From NCBI RefSeq assembly GCF_009914755.1, contig NC_060925.1: a DNA stretch of 64,000 nucleotides; one strand, written 5' to 3'. The notes below the pieces were generated by a model, which ran no database searches, was not told the origin of the DNA, and saw only the letters and a program-made list of their open reading frames with translations. Source of the DNA: the human T2T-CHM13v2.0 reference genome, Homo sapiens. Both the position numbers and the translations under genes were made by a program. Below are positions 1-11,991 of this stretch, piece after piece; within the stretch, counting starts at the first letter, position 1; every line of letters begins with the position of its first letter.

Positions 1-105
1 TCATGCTGAGGAGCCTGAAGTCCCTGTGTGAGGATTAGACAGTGGATTGTTATGTGTGTAGGAGAACCAGCTTAATATGTCTGTCCATGTCTGAACTTAT
101 TGCAG

Positions 106-157
106 AAATTGAAAAGTACCAAGAAGTGGAAGAAGACCAAGACCCATCATGCCCCAG
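106..157 (+). CDS. NBPF small exon (52 bp, HLS2 type, [17 protein letters not shown])
   Basis: ttgcag|AAATTG...CCCCAG|gtaact. Confidence 0.93.
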
Positions 158-2079
158 GTAACTTTGAGCAATTATGGATGCTTAATTCTGTGTTGACACC
201 TGGAGATGCCAGGTCCAGGGAAAACAAGAGTGTGTTCAATTTCATGTTTTCAACGAAGGTTGAATTACTCCTACTGACATTGCTGTTGGTTTACATTGCG
301 GTAGATGTTTAGGTTTCCATTTCTTCCTCCCCTTATCATTTACTAACTTACTATAGGTTGACCATACCTCAAAGGCTGTATGGCAACTGCATGGAATCTT
401 GAGCAAGTTTATGGAAAATTATTGAGTCCACTCTTTTCATGATCACTGTTCGCTGTGTGTCCCGAGGGCACTAACTCAGAGTGTCCTTTGACCCCTTCAT
501 CAGTGTGTCACCCGGCCAACTCGCTGAGCTCACTTTCTCCTCTCTCTCTCTCTCTCTGCCTCTCCCTGTCTTTCTCTTTCATTCTTTTCTACCTGGCCCT
601 GGTCTATCCCAACCTAAAGGCAATAATTCATTACCTCATTAATGGATCTGTCCTTTTTCTTTTTAAACAGTTCCTTATGTTAGCCATGAAATCTAGCTGG
701 GGCTGTGTGGTTTCTGATTCCCCCTGGCTTATTCTTTACTTTTTCCTACTTTTCCAGGCTCAGCAGGGAGCTGCTGGATGAGAAAGAGCCTGAAGTCTTG
801 CAGGACTCACTGGGTAGATGTTATTCGACTCCTTCAGGTTATCTTGAACTGCCTGACTTAGGCCAGCCCTACAGCAGTGCTGTTTACTCATTGGAGGAAC
901 AGTACCTTGGCTTGGCTCTTGACGTGGACAGTGAGTACCTTACTATGAAGGTGATAAGCCTCCACCTGGTCTTCCAGATAGGGGTGATATTCCTGTTCCA
1001 AGTGGCCCTTACTGACCCGAGAGATGTCATTGCCGCAGGCAGGACCTATGGGCGCATATAGGTTGTAATGAAACTGTAGTCTCAGTTGGAAGCCTAGACA
1101 TGAAATGGGTCAGTGAGCAAGGCTCCATTCCTAGTCTCCAGCCATGCCTGTGGCAACCTGAGCCCGCTCTCAGCACATTGGACCCAGGCAGATGTAAAAA
1201 ATTCACAGAAGTATGATTTGGACTCAAGGGTTTGTAGATTTCCTCCTTCATTCTAATTTCAGTGTCTAAAATTCTTGCATCCATGAACGAGCTGGGCATT
1301 TGATGAGACAGGGCTGAATACTGCAGTTTTCCTCCTAGAAATCATCTGGGGCATTTTCTTTGAACTGATGGGAACAATAAGGCATAACTGTTTGCACAAA
1401 CTTGGGATAAATGATTTTGGGATAACGATCTACCAGAATGGGGATATTTCACCCTTGGTTCTGAGATGCAAACCAAAGAATATCATGACCAGCTTTCAGG
1501 CCTCCTGAAGTATATCTCTCACATTGTCCTGTTCTCATGCTGAGGAGCCTGAGATCCCTGTGTGGGGATTAGACAGTGGACTGTTATGGGTGTAGGTGAA
1601 TTGGCTTATTTTGTCTGTCCCTGTCTGAATGTATTGCAGGAATTAAAAAGGACCAAGAAGAGGAAGAAGACCAAGGCCCACCATGCCCCAGGTAACTGAG
1701 CAATTGTGAACAGCTACTTCTGTGTTGACATCTGGAGACTCCTGGTTCAGGGAAAACAGAGCGGGCTGACATTATCGATTACATCTTTTCAACCAAGCCT
1801 GAATTATTCCTACTAACATTGCTGTTGGTTTTCATTGCAGTAGATATTTAGGTTTCCATTTCTTCCTCCCCTTCTCATTTACTAACCTACTGTAGGTGGA
1901 CCAGACTTCAAAAACTGTATTCTCATGGCGACTGCATGGAAACTTGAGCACATTTTATGGAAAATTATTGAGCACAGTCTTTTCATGATCCCTGTATGCT
2001 GTGTGTCCTGAGGGCACTAACTCAGAGTGTCCTGTTACTCCCTCATCAGTGTGTCACCTGGACAATTCACTGAGCTCGT

Positions 2080-2131
<52 letters not shown>

Positions 2132-5100
2132 TATCTGTCTTTCTCTTTCATTCTTTTCCATTTGGCCCTGTTCTGTCCCAACATGAAGGCAATAATTTGT
2201 TACCTCATTAATGGATCTATCCTTTTAGTTTTTTAACCACTTCCCTATGCTACCCATGAAACCTAGTTGGGGCTCTGTTGTGTCTGATTTCCCCTGGCTT
2301 ATTCTTTACTTTTTCCTCCTTTTCCAGGCTCAGCAGGGAGCTGCTGGAGGTAGTAGAGCCTGAAGTCTTGCAGGACTCACTGGATAGATGTTATTCAACT
2401 CCTTCCAGTTGTCTTGAACAGCCTGACTCCTGCCAGCCCTATGGAAGTTCCTTTTATGCATTGGAGGAAAAACATGTTGGCTTTTCTCTTGACGTGGGAG
2501 GTGAGTACCTTTCTATGAAGGTGATAAGGATCCACTGAGTCTTCCATATAAAGATCATATTCCTGCTCCAAGTGGCCATTACTGAGCTGAGAGATGTCAT
2601 TGCCACAGGGAGGACCTATACGCACATGTAGGTTGAATGAAACTCTAGTTCTACCTGGAAGCCCAGACAAGGGATGGGTCAGTGAGCAAGACTCTCTTCC
2701 TAGTCTCAGGCCATACCTGTGGCGCCCTGATCCTGTTCTCATGACATTGGACCTGGGCAGATGTGACAAATTCAGAGAACTATGATTTTGACTCAAGGGT
2801 TTGTAGATTTCCTTTTTCACTCTAATTTCAGTGTCTAAAGTCCTCACAACCATGAACAATCTGACTATTTGATGAGACAGGGCTAAATATTGCAGTTTTT
2901 CTCCTAGAAATCATTTGAGGGTATTTGCTTTAAGTTGATTGTAAAAATATGGCATAACTGTTTGCACAAACTTGGGACAAATGATATTGGGATAACGATC
3001 TACTAGAATAGGGACACTTTACCCACAGTTTCTGGGAGAAAAACCGAGGAATTTCTATCATGACCAGCCTTCAGGCCTCCTGAAATATATCTCTCACAGT
3101 GTCCTATTCTTATGCTGAGGAGCCTGAGGTCCCTGTGTGAGGATTAGACAGTGGATTGTTATGTGTGTAGGGGAATCAGCTTAATGTGTCTGTCCATGTC
3201 TGAATTTATTGCAGAAATTGAAAAGAAGGGGAAGGGGAAGAAAAGAAGGGGAAGAAGATCAAAGAAGGAAAGAAGAAGGGGAAGAAAAGAAGGGGAAGAA
3301 GATCAAAACCCACCATGCCCCAGGTGACTTTCGCAATTGTGGATGCTTAATTCTGTGTTAACACCTGGAGGCAACAGATTCAGGGAAACCAGAGTGTGTT
3401 TGATGTCATGTTTTCAACGAAGGCTGAATTACTCCTCCTGTCATTGCTGTTGGTTTTCATTGCAGTAGATGTTTAGGTTTCCATTTCTTCCTCCCCTTAT
3501 CATTTACTAACGTACCACAGGTTGACCATACTTCAAAAGCTGTACTCTCATGGCCACTGCATCGAATTTTGAGCATATTTTATGGAAAACTATTGAGCTC
3601 ACTCTTTTCATGATCACAGTTTGCTGTGTGTCATGAGGGCACTAACTCAGAGTGTCCTTTTACTCCATTACCAGTATGTCACCTGGCCAATTCACTAGGT
3701 CACTTTCTCTCTGTCTCTGTCTCTCTCTCTGTCTCTGTCTCTCTCTCTCTCTGTCTTTCTCTTTCATTGTTTTCTACCTGGCCCTGTTCTATCCCAACAT
3801 AAAGGCAATAATTTGTTACCTCATTAATGGATCTGTCCTTTTTCTTTTCAAACTCTTCCTTACGTTAGCCATGAAATCTAGCTGGGGCTGTGTGGTTTCT
3901 GATTCCCCCTGGCTTATTCTTTACTTTTTCCCACTTTTCCAGGCTCAGCAGGGAGCTGCTGGATGAGAAAGGGCCTGAAGTCTTGCAGGACTCACTGGAT
4001 AGATGTTATTCAACTCCTTCAGGTTGTCTTGAACTGACTGACTCATGCCAGCCCTACAGAAGTGCCTTTTACATATTGGAGCAACAGCGTGTTGGCTTGG
4101 CTGTTGACATGGATGGTGAGTACCTTTCTATGAAGGTGATAAGGATCCACTGAGTCTTCTGGTTAGGGTCATATTCCTACTGCAAGTGGCCCTTACTGAG
4201 CTGAGAGATGTCATTGCCACAGGGAGGACCTATAGGCACATGTAGGTTGAATGAAACTCTAGTTCCACTTGGAAGCCCAGACAAGGGATGGGTCAGTGAG
4301 CAAGGCTCTCTTCCTAGTCTCAGGCCATGCCTGTGGCACCCTAATCCCACTCTCATGACATTGGACCTGGGCAGATGTGACAAATTCACACAACTCTGAT
4401 TTTGTCTCAATTTTGTAGATCTTGTAGATTTCATCCTTCACTCTAATTTCAGCGTCTAAAATCCTCACTACCATGAACAATCTGAGTATTTGATGAGACA
4501 GGGCTGAATAGTGCAGTTTTTCTCCTAGCAACCATTTGGGGGCATTTGCTTTAAATCGATTGGAAAAATATGGCATAACCATTTGCACAAACTTGGGACA
4601 AATGATATTGGGATAACGATCTACCAGAATAGGGAATTTTACCCACAGTTTCTGGGACAAAAACCAAGGAATCTCTATGGTGATCAGCCTTCAGGCCTCC
4701 TGAAGAATATCTCTCACAGTGTCCTATTCTCATGCTGAGGAGCCTGAAGTCCCTGTGTGAGGATTAGACAGTGGATTGTTATGTGTGTAGGAGAACCAGC
4801 TTAATATGTCTGTCCATGTCTGAACTTATTGCAGAAATTGAAAAGTACCAAGAAGTGGAAGAAGACCAAGACCCATCATGCCCCAGGTAACTTTGAGCAA
4901 TTATGGATGCTTAATTCTGTGTTGACACCTGGAGATGCCAGGTCCAGGGAAAACAAGAGTGTATTCAATTTCATGTTTTCAACGAAGGTTGAATTACGCC
5001 TACTGACATTGCTGTTGGTTTTCATTGCAGTAGATGTTTAGGTTTCCATTTCTTCCTCCCCTTATCATTTAGTAACTTACTATAGGTTGACCATACCTCA

Positions 5101-8100
5101 AAGGCTGTATGGCAACTGCATGGAATCTTGAGCAAGTTTATGGAAAATTATTGAGCCCACTCTTTTCATGATCACTGTTCGCTGTGTGTCCCGAGGGCAC
5201 TAACTCAGAGTGTCCTTTGACCCCTTCATCTGTGTGTCACCCGGCCAATTCACTGAGCTCACTTTCTCCTCTCTCTCTCTCTCCCTCTCCCTGTCTTTCT
5301 CTTTCGTTCTTTTCTACCTGGCCCTGGTTTATCCCAACCTAAAGGCAATAATTCATTCCCTCAGTAATGGATCTGTCCTTTTTCTTTTTAAACAGTTCCT
5401 TATCTTAGCCATGAAATCTAGCTGGAGCTGTGTGGTTTCTGATTCCCCCTGGCTTATTCTTTACTTTTTCCCACTTTTCCAGGCTCAGCGGGGAGCTGTT
5501 GGATGAGAAAGAGCCTGAAGTCTTGCAGGAGTCACTGGATAGATGCTATTCAACTCCTTCAGGTTGTCTTGAACTGACTGACTCATGCCAGCCCTACAGA
5601 AGTGCCTTTTACATATTGGAGCAACAGCGTGTTGGCTTGGCTGTTGACATGGATGGTGAGTACCTTTCTATGAAGGTGATAAGGATCCACTGAGTCTTCT
5701 GGTTAGGGTCATATTCCTACTGCAAGTGGCCCTTACTGAGCTGAGGGATGTCATTGCCACAGGGAGGACCTATAGGCACATGTAGGTTGAATGAAGCTCT
5801 AGTTCCACTTGGAAGCCCAGACAAGGGATGGGTCAGTGAGCAAGGCGCTCTTCCTAGTCTCAGGCCATGCCTGTGGCGCCCTAATCCTACTCTCATGACA
5901 TTGGACCTGGGCAGATGTGACAAATTCACACAACTCTGATTTTGTCTCAATTTTGTAGATCTTGTAGATTTCATCCTTCACTCTAATTTCAGCGTCTAAA
6001 ATCCTCGCTACCATGAACAATCTGAGTATTTGATGAGACAGGGCTGAATAGTGCAGTTTTTCTCCTAGCAACCATTTGGGGGCATTTGCTTTAAATCGAT
6101 TGGAAAAATATGGCATAACCATTTGCACAAACTTGGGACAAATGATATTGGGATAACGATCTACCAGAATAGGGAATTTTACCCACAGTTTCTGGGACAA
6201 AAACCAAGGAATCTCTATGGTGATCAGCCTTCAGGCCTCCTGAAGAATATCTCTCACAGTGTCCTATTCTCATGCTGAGGAGCCTGAAGTCCCTGTGTGA
6301 GGATTAGACAGTGGATTGTTATGTGTGTAGGAGAACCAGCTTAATATGTCTGTCCATGTCTGAACTTATTGCAGAAATTGAAAAGTACCAAGAAGTGGAA
6401 GAAGACCAAGACCCATCATGCCCCAGGTAACTTTGAGCAATTATGGATGCTTAATTCTGTGTTGACACCTGGAGATGCCAGGTCCAGGGAAAACAAGAGT
6501 GTATTCAATTTCATGTTTTCAACGAAGGTTGAATTACGCCTACTGACATTGCTGTTGGTTTTCATTGCAGTAGATGTTTAGGTTTCCATTTCTTCCTCCC
6601 CTTATCATTTAGTAACTTACTATAGGTTGACCATACCTCAAAGGCTGTATGGCAACTGCATGGAATCTTGAGCAAGTTTATGGAAAATTATTGAGCCCAC
6701 TCTTTTCATGATCACTGTTCGCTGTGTGTCCCGAGGGCACTAACTCAGAGTGTCCTTTGACCCCTTCATCTGTGTGTCACCCGGCCAATTCACTGAGCTC
6801 ACTTTCTCCTCTCTCTCTCTCTCCCTCTCCCTGTCTTTCTCTTTCGTTCTTTTCTACCTGGCCCTGGTTTATCCCAACCTAAAGGCAATAATTCATTCCC
6901 TCAGTAATGGATCTGTCCTTTTTCTTTTTAAACAGTTCCTTATCTTAGCCATGAAATCTAGCTGGAGCTGTGTGGTTTCTGATTCCCCCTGGCTTATTCT
7001 TTACTTTTTCCCACTTTTCCAGGCTCAGCGGGGAGCTGTTGGATGAGAAAGAGCCTGAAGTCTTGCAGGAGTCACTGGATAGATGCTATTCAACTCCTTC
7101 AGGTTGTCTTGAACTGACTGACTCATGCCAGCCCTACAGAAGTGCCTTTTACATATTGGAGCAACAGCGTGTTGGCTTGGCTGTTGACATGGATGGTGAG
7201 TACCTTTCTATGAAGGTGATAAGGATCCACTGAGTCTTCTGGTTAGGGTCATATTCCTACTGCAAGTGGCCCTTACTGAGCTGAGGGATGTCATTGCCAC
7301 AGGGAGGACCTATAGGCACATGTAGGTTGAATGAAGCTCTAGTTCCACTTGGAAGCCCAGACAAGGGATGGGTCAGTGAGCAAGGCGCTCTTCCTAGTCT
7401 CAGGCCATGCCTGTGGCGCCCTAATCCTACTCTCATGACATTGGACCTGGGCAGATGTGACAAATTCACACAACTCTGATTTTGTCTCAATTTTGTAGAT
7501 CTTGTAGATTTCATCCTTCACTCTAATTTCAGCGTCTAAAATCCTCGCTACCATGAACAATCTGAGTATTTGATGAGACAGGGCTGAATAGTGCAGTTTT
7601 TCTCCTAGCAACCATTTGGGGGCAATTGCTTTAAATCGATTGGAAAAATATGGCATAACCATTTGCACAAACTTGGGACAAATGATATTGGGATAACGAT
7701 CTACCAGAATAGGGAATTTTACCCACAGTTTCTGGGACAAAAACCAAGGAATCTCTATGGTGATCAGCCTTCAGGCCTCCTGAAGAATATCTCTCACAGT
7801 GTCCTATTCTCATGCTGAGGAGCCTGAAGTCCCTGTGTGAAGATTAGACAGTGGATTGTTATGTGTGTAGGAGAACCAGCTTAATATATCTGTCCATGTC
7901 TGAACTTATTGCAGAAATTGAAAAGTACCAAGAAGTGGAAGAAGACCAAGACCCATCATGCCCCAGGTAACTTTGAGCAATTATGGATGCTTAATTCTGT
8001 GTTGACACCTGGAGATGCCAGGTCCAGGGAAAACAAGAGTGTGTTCAATTTCATGTTTTCAACGAAGGTTGAATTACTCCTACTGACATTGCTGTTGGTT

Positions 8101-9888
8101 TTCATTGCGGTAGATGTTTAGGTTTCCATTTCTTCCTCCCCTTATCATTTACTAACTTACTATAGGTTGACCATACCTCAAAGGCTGTATGGCAACTGCA
8201 TGGAATCTTGAGCAAGTTTATGGAAAATTATTGAGTCCACTCTTTTCATGATCACTGTTCGCTGTGTGTCCCGAGGGCACTAACTCAGAGTGTCCTTTGA
8301 CCCCTTCATCAGTGTGTCACCCGGCCAACTCGCTGAGCTCACTTTCTCCTCTCTCTCTCTCTCTCTGCCTCTCCCTGTCTTTCTCTTTCATTCTTTTCTA
8401 CCTGGCCCTGGTCTATCCCAACCTAAAGGCAATAATTCATTACCTCATTAATGGATCTGTCCTTTTTCTTTTTAAACAGTTCCTTATGTTAGCCATGAAA
8501 TCTAGCTGGGGCTGTGTGGTTTCTGATTCCCCCTGGCTTATTCTTTACTTTTTCCTACTTTTCCAGGCTCAGCAGGGAGCTGCTGGATGAGAAAGAGCCT
8601 GAAGTCTTGCAGGACTCACTGGGTAGATGTTATTCGACTCCTTCAGGTTATCTTGAACTGCCTGACTTAGGCCAGCCCTACAGCAGTGCTGTTTACTCAT
8701 TGGAGGAACAGTACCTTGGCTTGGCTCTTGACGTGGACAGTGAGTACCTTACTATGAAGGTGATAAGCCTCCACCTGGTCTTCCAGATAGGGGTGATATT
8801 CCTGTTCCAAGTGGCCCTTACTGACCCGAGAGATGTCATTGCCGCAGGCAGGACCTATGGGCGCATATAGGTTGTAATGAAACTGTAGTCTCAGTTGGAA
8901 GCCTAGACATGAAATGGGTCAGTGAGCAAGGCTCCATTCCTAGTCTCCAGCCATGCCTGTGGCAACCTGAGCCCGCTCTCAGCACATTGGACCCAGGCAG
9001 ATGTAAAAAATTCACAGAAGTATGATTTGGACTCAAGGGTTTGTAGATTTCCTCCTTCATTCTAATTTCAGTGTCTAAAATTCTTGCATCCATGAACGAG
9101 CTGGGCATTTGATGAGACAGGGCTGAATACTGCAGTTTTCCTCCTAGAAATCATCTGGGGCATTTTCTTTGAACTGATGGGAACAATAAGGCATAACTGT
9201 TTGCACAAACTTGGGATAAATGATTTTGGGATAACGATCTACCAGAATGGGGATATTTCACCCTTGGTTCTGAGATGCAAACCAAAGAATATCATGACCA
9301 GCTTTCAGGCCTCCTGAAGTACATCTCTCACATTGTCCTGTTCTCATGCTGAGGAGCCTGAGATCCCTGTGTGGGGATTAGACAGTGGACTGTTATGGGT
9401 GTAGGTGAATTGGCTTATTTTGTCTGTCCCTGTCTGAATGTATTGCAGGAATTAAAAAGGACCAAGAAGAGGAAGAAGACCAAGGCCCACCATGCCCCAG
9501 GTAACTGAGCAATTGTGAACAGCTACTTCTGTGTTGACATCTGGAGACTCCTGGTTCAGGGAAAACAGAGCGGGCTGACATTATCGATTACATCTTTTCA
9601 ACCAAGCCTGAATTATTCCTACTAACATTGCTGTTGGTTTTCATTGCAGTAGATATTTAGGTTTCCATTTCTTCCTCCCCTTCTCATTTACTAACCTACT
9701 GTAGGTGGACCAGACTTCAAAAACTGTATTCTCATGGCGACTGCATGGAAACTTGAGCACATTTTATGGAAAATTATTGAGCACAGTCTTTTCATGATCC
9801 CTGTATGCTGTGTGTCCTGAGGGCACTAACTCAGAGTGTCCTGTTACTCCCTCATCAGTGTGTCACCTGGACAATTCACTGAGCTCGT

Positions 9889-9946
<58 letters not shown>

Positions 9947-11521
9947 TATCTGTCTTTCTCTTTCATTCTTTTCCATTTGGCCCTGTTCTGTCCCAACATG
10001 AAGGCAATAATTTGTTACCTCATTAATGGATCTATCCTTTTAGTTTTTTAACCACTTCCCTATGCTACCCATGAAACCTAGTTGGGGCTCTGTTGTGTCT
10101 GATTTCCCCTGGCTTATTCTTTACTTTTTCCTCCTTTTCCAGGCTCAGCAGGGAGCTGCTGGAGGTAGTAGAGCCTGAAGTCTTGCAGGACTCACTGGAT
10201 AGATGTTATTCAACTCCTTCCAGTTGTCTTGAACAGCCTGACTCCTGCCAGCCCTATGGAAGTTCCTTTTATGCATTGGAGGAAAAACATGTTGGCTTTT
10301 CTCTTGACGTGGGAGGTGAGTACCTTTCTATGAAGGTGATAAGGATCCACTGAGTCTTCCATATAAAGATCATATTCCTGCTCCAAGTGGCCATTACTGA
10401 GCTGAGAGATGTCATTGCCACAGGGAGGACCTATACGCACATGTAGGTTGAATGAAACTCTAGTTCTACCTGGAAGCCCAGACAAGGGATGGGTCAGTGA
10501 GCAAGACTCTCTTCCTAGTCTCAGGCCATACCTGTGGCGCCCTGATCCTATTCTCATGACATTGGACCTGGGCAGATGTGACAAATTCAGAGAACTATGA
10601 TTTTGACTCAAGGGTTTGTAGATTTCCTTTTTCACTCTAATTTCAGTGTCTAAAGTCCTCACAACCATGAACAATCTGACTATTTGATGAGACAGGGCTA
10701 AATATTGCAGTTTTTCTCCTAGAAATCATTTGAGGGTATTTGCTTTAAGTTGATTGTAAAAATATGGCATAACTGTTTGCACAAATTTGGGACAAATGAT
10801 ATTGGGATAACGATCTACTAGAATAGGGACATTTTACCCACAGTTTCTGGGAGAAAAACCGAGGAATTTCTATCATGACCAGCCTTCAGGCCTCCTGAAA
10901 TATATCTCTCACAGTGTCCTATTCTTATGCTGAGGAGCCTGAGGTCCCTGTGTGAGGATTAGACAGTGGATTGTTATGTGTGTAGGGGAATCAGCTTAAT
11001 GTGTCTGTCCATGTCTGAATTTATTGCAGAAATTGAAAAGAAGGGGAAGGGGAAGAAAAGAAGGGGAAGAAGATCAAAGAAGGAAAGAAGAAGGGGAAGA
11101 AAAGAAGGGGAAGAAGATCAAAACCCACCATGCCCCAGGTGACTTTCAGCAATTGTGGATGCTTAATTCTGTGTTAACACCTGGAGGCAACAGATTCAGG
11201 GAAACCAGAGTGTGTTTGATGTCATGTTTTCAACGAAGGCTGAATTACTCCTACTGTCATTGCTGTTGGTTTTCATTGCAGTAGATGTTTAGGTTTCCAT
11301 TTCTTCCTCCCCTTATCATTTACTAACGTACCACAGGTTGACCATACTTCAAAAGTTGTACTCTCATGGCCACTGCATCGAATTTTGAGCATATTTTATG
11401 GAAAACTATTGAGCTCACTCTTTTCATGATCACAGTTTGCTGTGTGTCATGAGGGCACTAACTCAGAGTGTCCTTTGACTCCCTTACCAGTATGTCACCT
11501 GGCCAATTCACTAGGTCACTT

Positions 11522-11552
<31 letters not shown>

Positions 11553-11991
11553 GTCTTTCTCTTTCATTGTTTTCTACCTGGCCCTGTTCTATCCCAACAT
11601 AAAGGCAATAAATTTTTTTTTTACCTCATTAATGGATCTATCCTTTTTCTTTTCTAACCACTTCCTTATGTTACTTCTGAAATCTAGTGGGGCTCTGTGG
11701 TGTCCGATTTTCCCTGGCTGCTTCTTTAGTTTTGTCTCCTTTTGCAGGCTCAACAGCATGCTGATGGAAGTGGAAGAGCCTGAAGTCTTGCAGGACTCAC
11801 TGGATATATGTTATTCGACTCCGTCAATGTACTTTGAACTACCTGACTCATTCCAGCACTACAGAAGTGTGTTTTACTCATTTGAGGAAGAGCATATCAG
11901 CTTCGCCCTTTACGTGGACAATAGGTTTTTTACTTTGACGGTGACAAGTCTCCACCTGGTGTTCCAGATGGGAGTCATATTCCCACAATAA
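106..11991 (+). CDS. NBPF26: NBPF-family gene, 3' portion (spliced; 8 Olduvai/DUF1220 domains; 5' part lies upstream of the window)
   Basis: Sixteen AG/GT-bounded exons alternate 52/109 bp and 173 bp and splice in frame to [24 protein letters not shown]...[13 protein letters not shown]. The family is certain. The paralog number is inferred only from remembered synteny with tRNA-Asn, U1 variant and PPIAL4. Confidence 0.9.
758..930 (+). CDS. NBPF large exon (173 bp), Olduvai HLS2
   Basis: ttccag|GCTC...GGACA|gtgagt; [35 protein letters not shown]... Confidence 0.93.
1640..1691 (+). CDS. NBPF small exon (52 bp, HLS3 type, [17 protein letters not shown])
   Basis: ttgcag|GAATTA...CCCCAG|gtaact. 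Confidence 0.93.
2080..2130. repeat. (TC)n(TG)n microsatellite in HLS3 intron
   Basis: Direct reading; the paralogous copy at about 9889-9945 is 6 bp longer. Confidence 0.95.
2328..2500 (+). CDS. NBPF large exon, Olduvai HLS3
   Basis: 173 bp; [35 protein letters not shown]...FSLDVG; canonical splice sites. Confidence 0.93.
3215..3323 (+). CDS. NBPF 109-bp basic exon ([36 protein letters not shown])
   Basis: ttgcag|AAATTG...CCCCAG|gtgact. Confidence 0.93.
3943..4115 (+). CDS. NBPF large exon, Olduvai HLS1
   Basis: 173 bp; [35 protein letters not shown]...AVDMD. Confidence 0.93.
4835..4886 (+). CDS. NBPF small exon (52 bp, HLS2 type)
   Basis: Same sequence as 106-157; AG/GT intact. Confidence 0.92.
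5483..5655 (+). CDS. NBPF large exon, HLS1-variant (HLS1*) copy 1
   Basis: [35 protein letters not shown]...; AG/GT intact. Confidence 0.92.
6375..6426 (+). CDS. NBPF small exon (52 bp, HLS2 type)
   Basis: Copy of 4835-4886 at +1540 bp. Confidence 0.92.
7023..7195 (+). CDS. NBPF large exon, HLS1-variant (HLS1*) copy 2
   Basis: Copy of 5483-5655 at +1540 bp. Confidence 0.92.
7915..7966 (+). CDS. NBPF small exon (52 bp, HLS2 type)
   Basis: AG/GT intact; +1540 bp from 6375. Confidence 0.92.
8567..8739 (+). CDS. NBPF large exon, Olduvai HLS2
   Basis: Copy of 758-930 at +7809 bp, including the DSLGRC variant. Confidence 0.93.
9449..9500 (+). CDS. NBPF small exon (52 bp, HLS3 type)
   Basis: Copy of 1640-1691 at +7809 bp. 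Confidence 0.93.
9889..9945. repeat. (TC)n(TG)n microsatellite in HLS3 intron
   Basis: Direct reading. Confidence 0.95.
10143..10315 (+). CDS. NBPF large exon, Olduvai HLS3
   Basis: Copy of 2328-2500 at +7815 bp. Confidence 0.93.
11030..11138 (+). CDS. NBPF 109-bp basic exon preceding CON3
   Basis: Copy of 3215-3323; AG/GT intact. Confidence 0.93.
11748..11991 (+). CDS. NBPF terminal coding exon, Olduvai CON3 plus C-terminal tail
   Basis: ttgcag|GCTCAAC; [42 protein letters not shown]...[11 protein letters not shown] at 11989-11991. Confidence 0.94.

Larger units (their letters stand above)
3900..8500 (+). repeat. Near-perfect 1540-bp tandem array (about 3 units) within the Olduvai array
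   Basis: Exons recur at 3943/5483/7023 and 4835/6375/7915, an exact 1540-bp period. Confidence 0.9.

Noticed and set aside
100-11657. Many repeated 60-150 aa ORFs on both strands within the NBPF array
   Set aside because: They are off-frame, intronic or antisense readings of the duplicated units; repetition reflects DNA duplication, not separate genes.
1-11991. Regularly spaced repeats suggesting a CRISPR-like array
   Set aside because: The units are 1.5-kb exon-doublet duplications with no unique spacers, in eukaryotic DNA.
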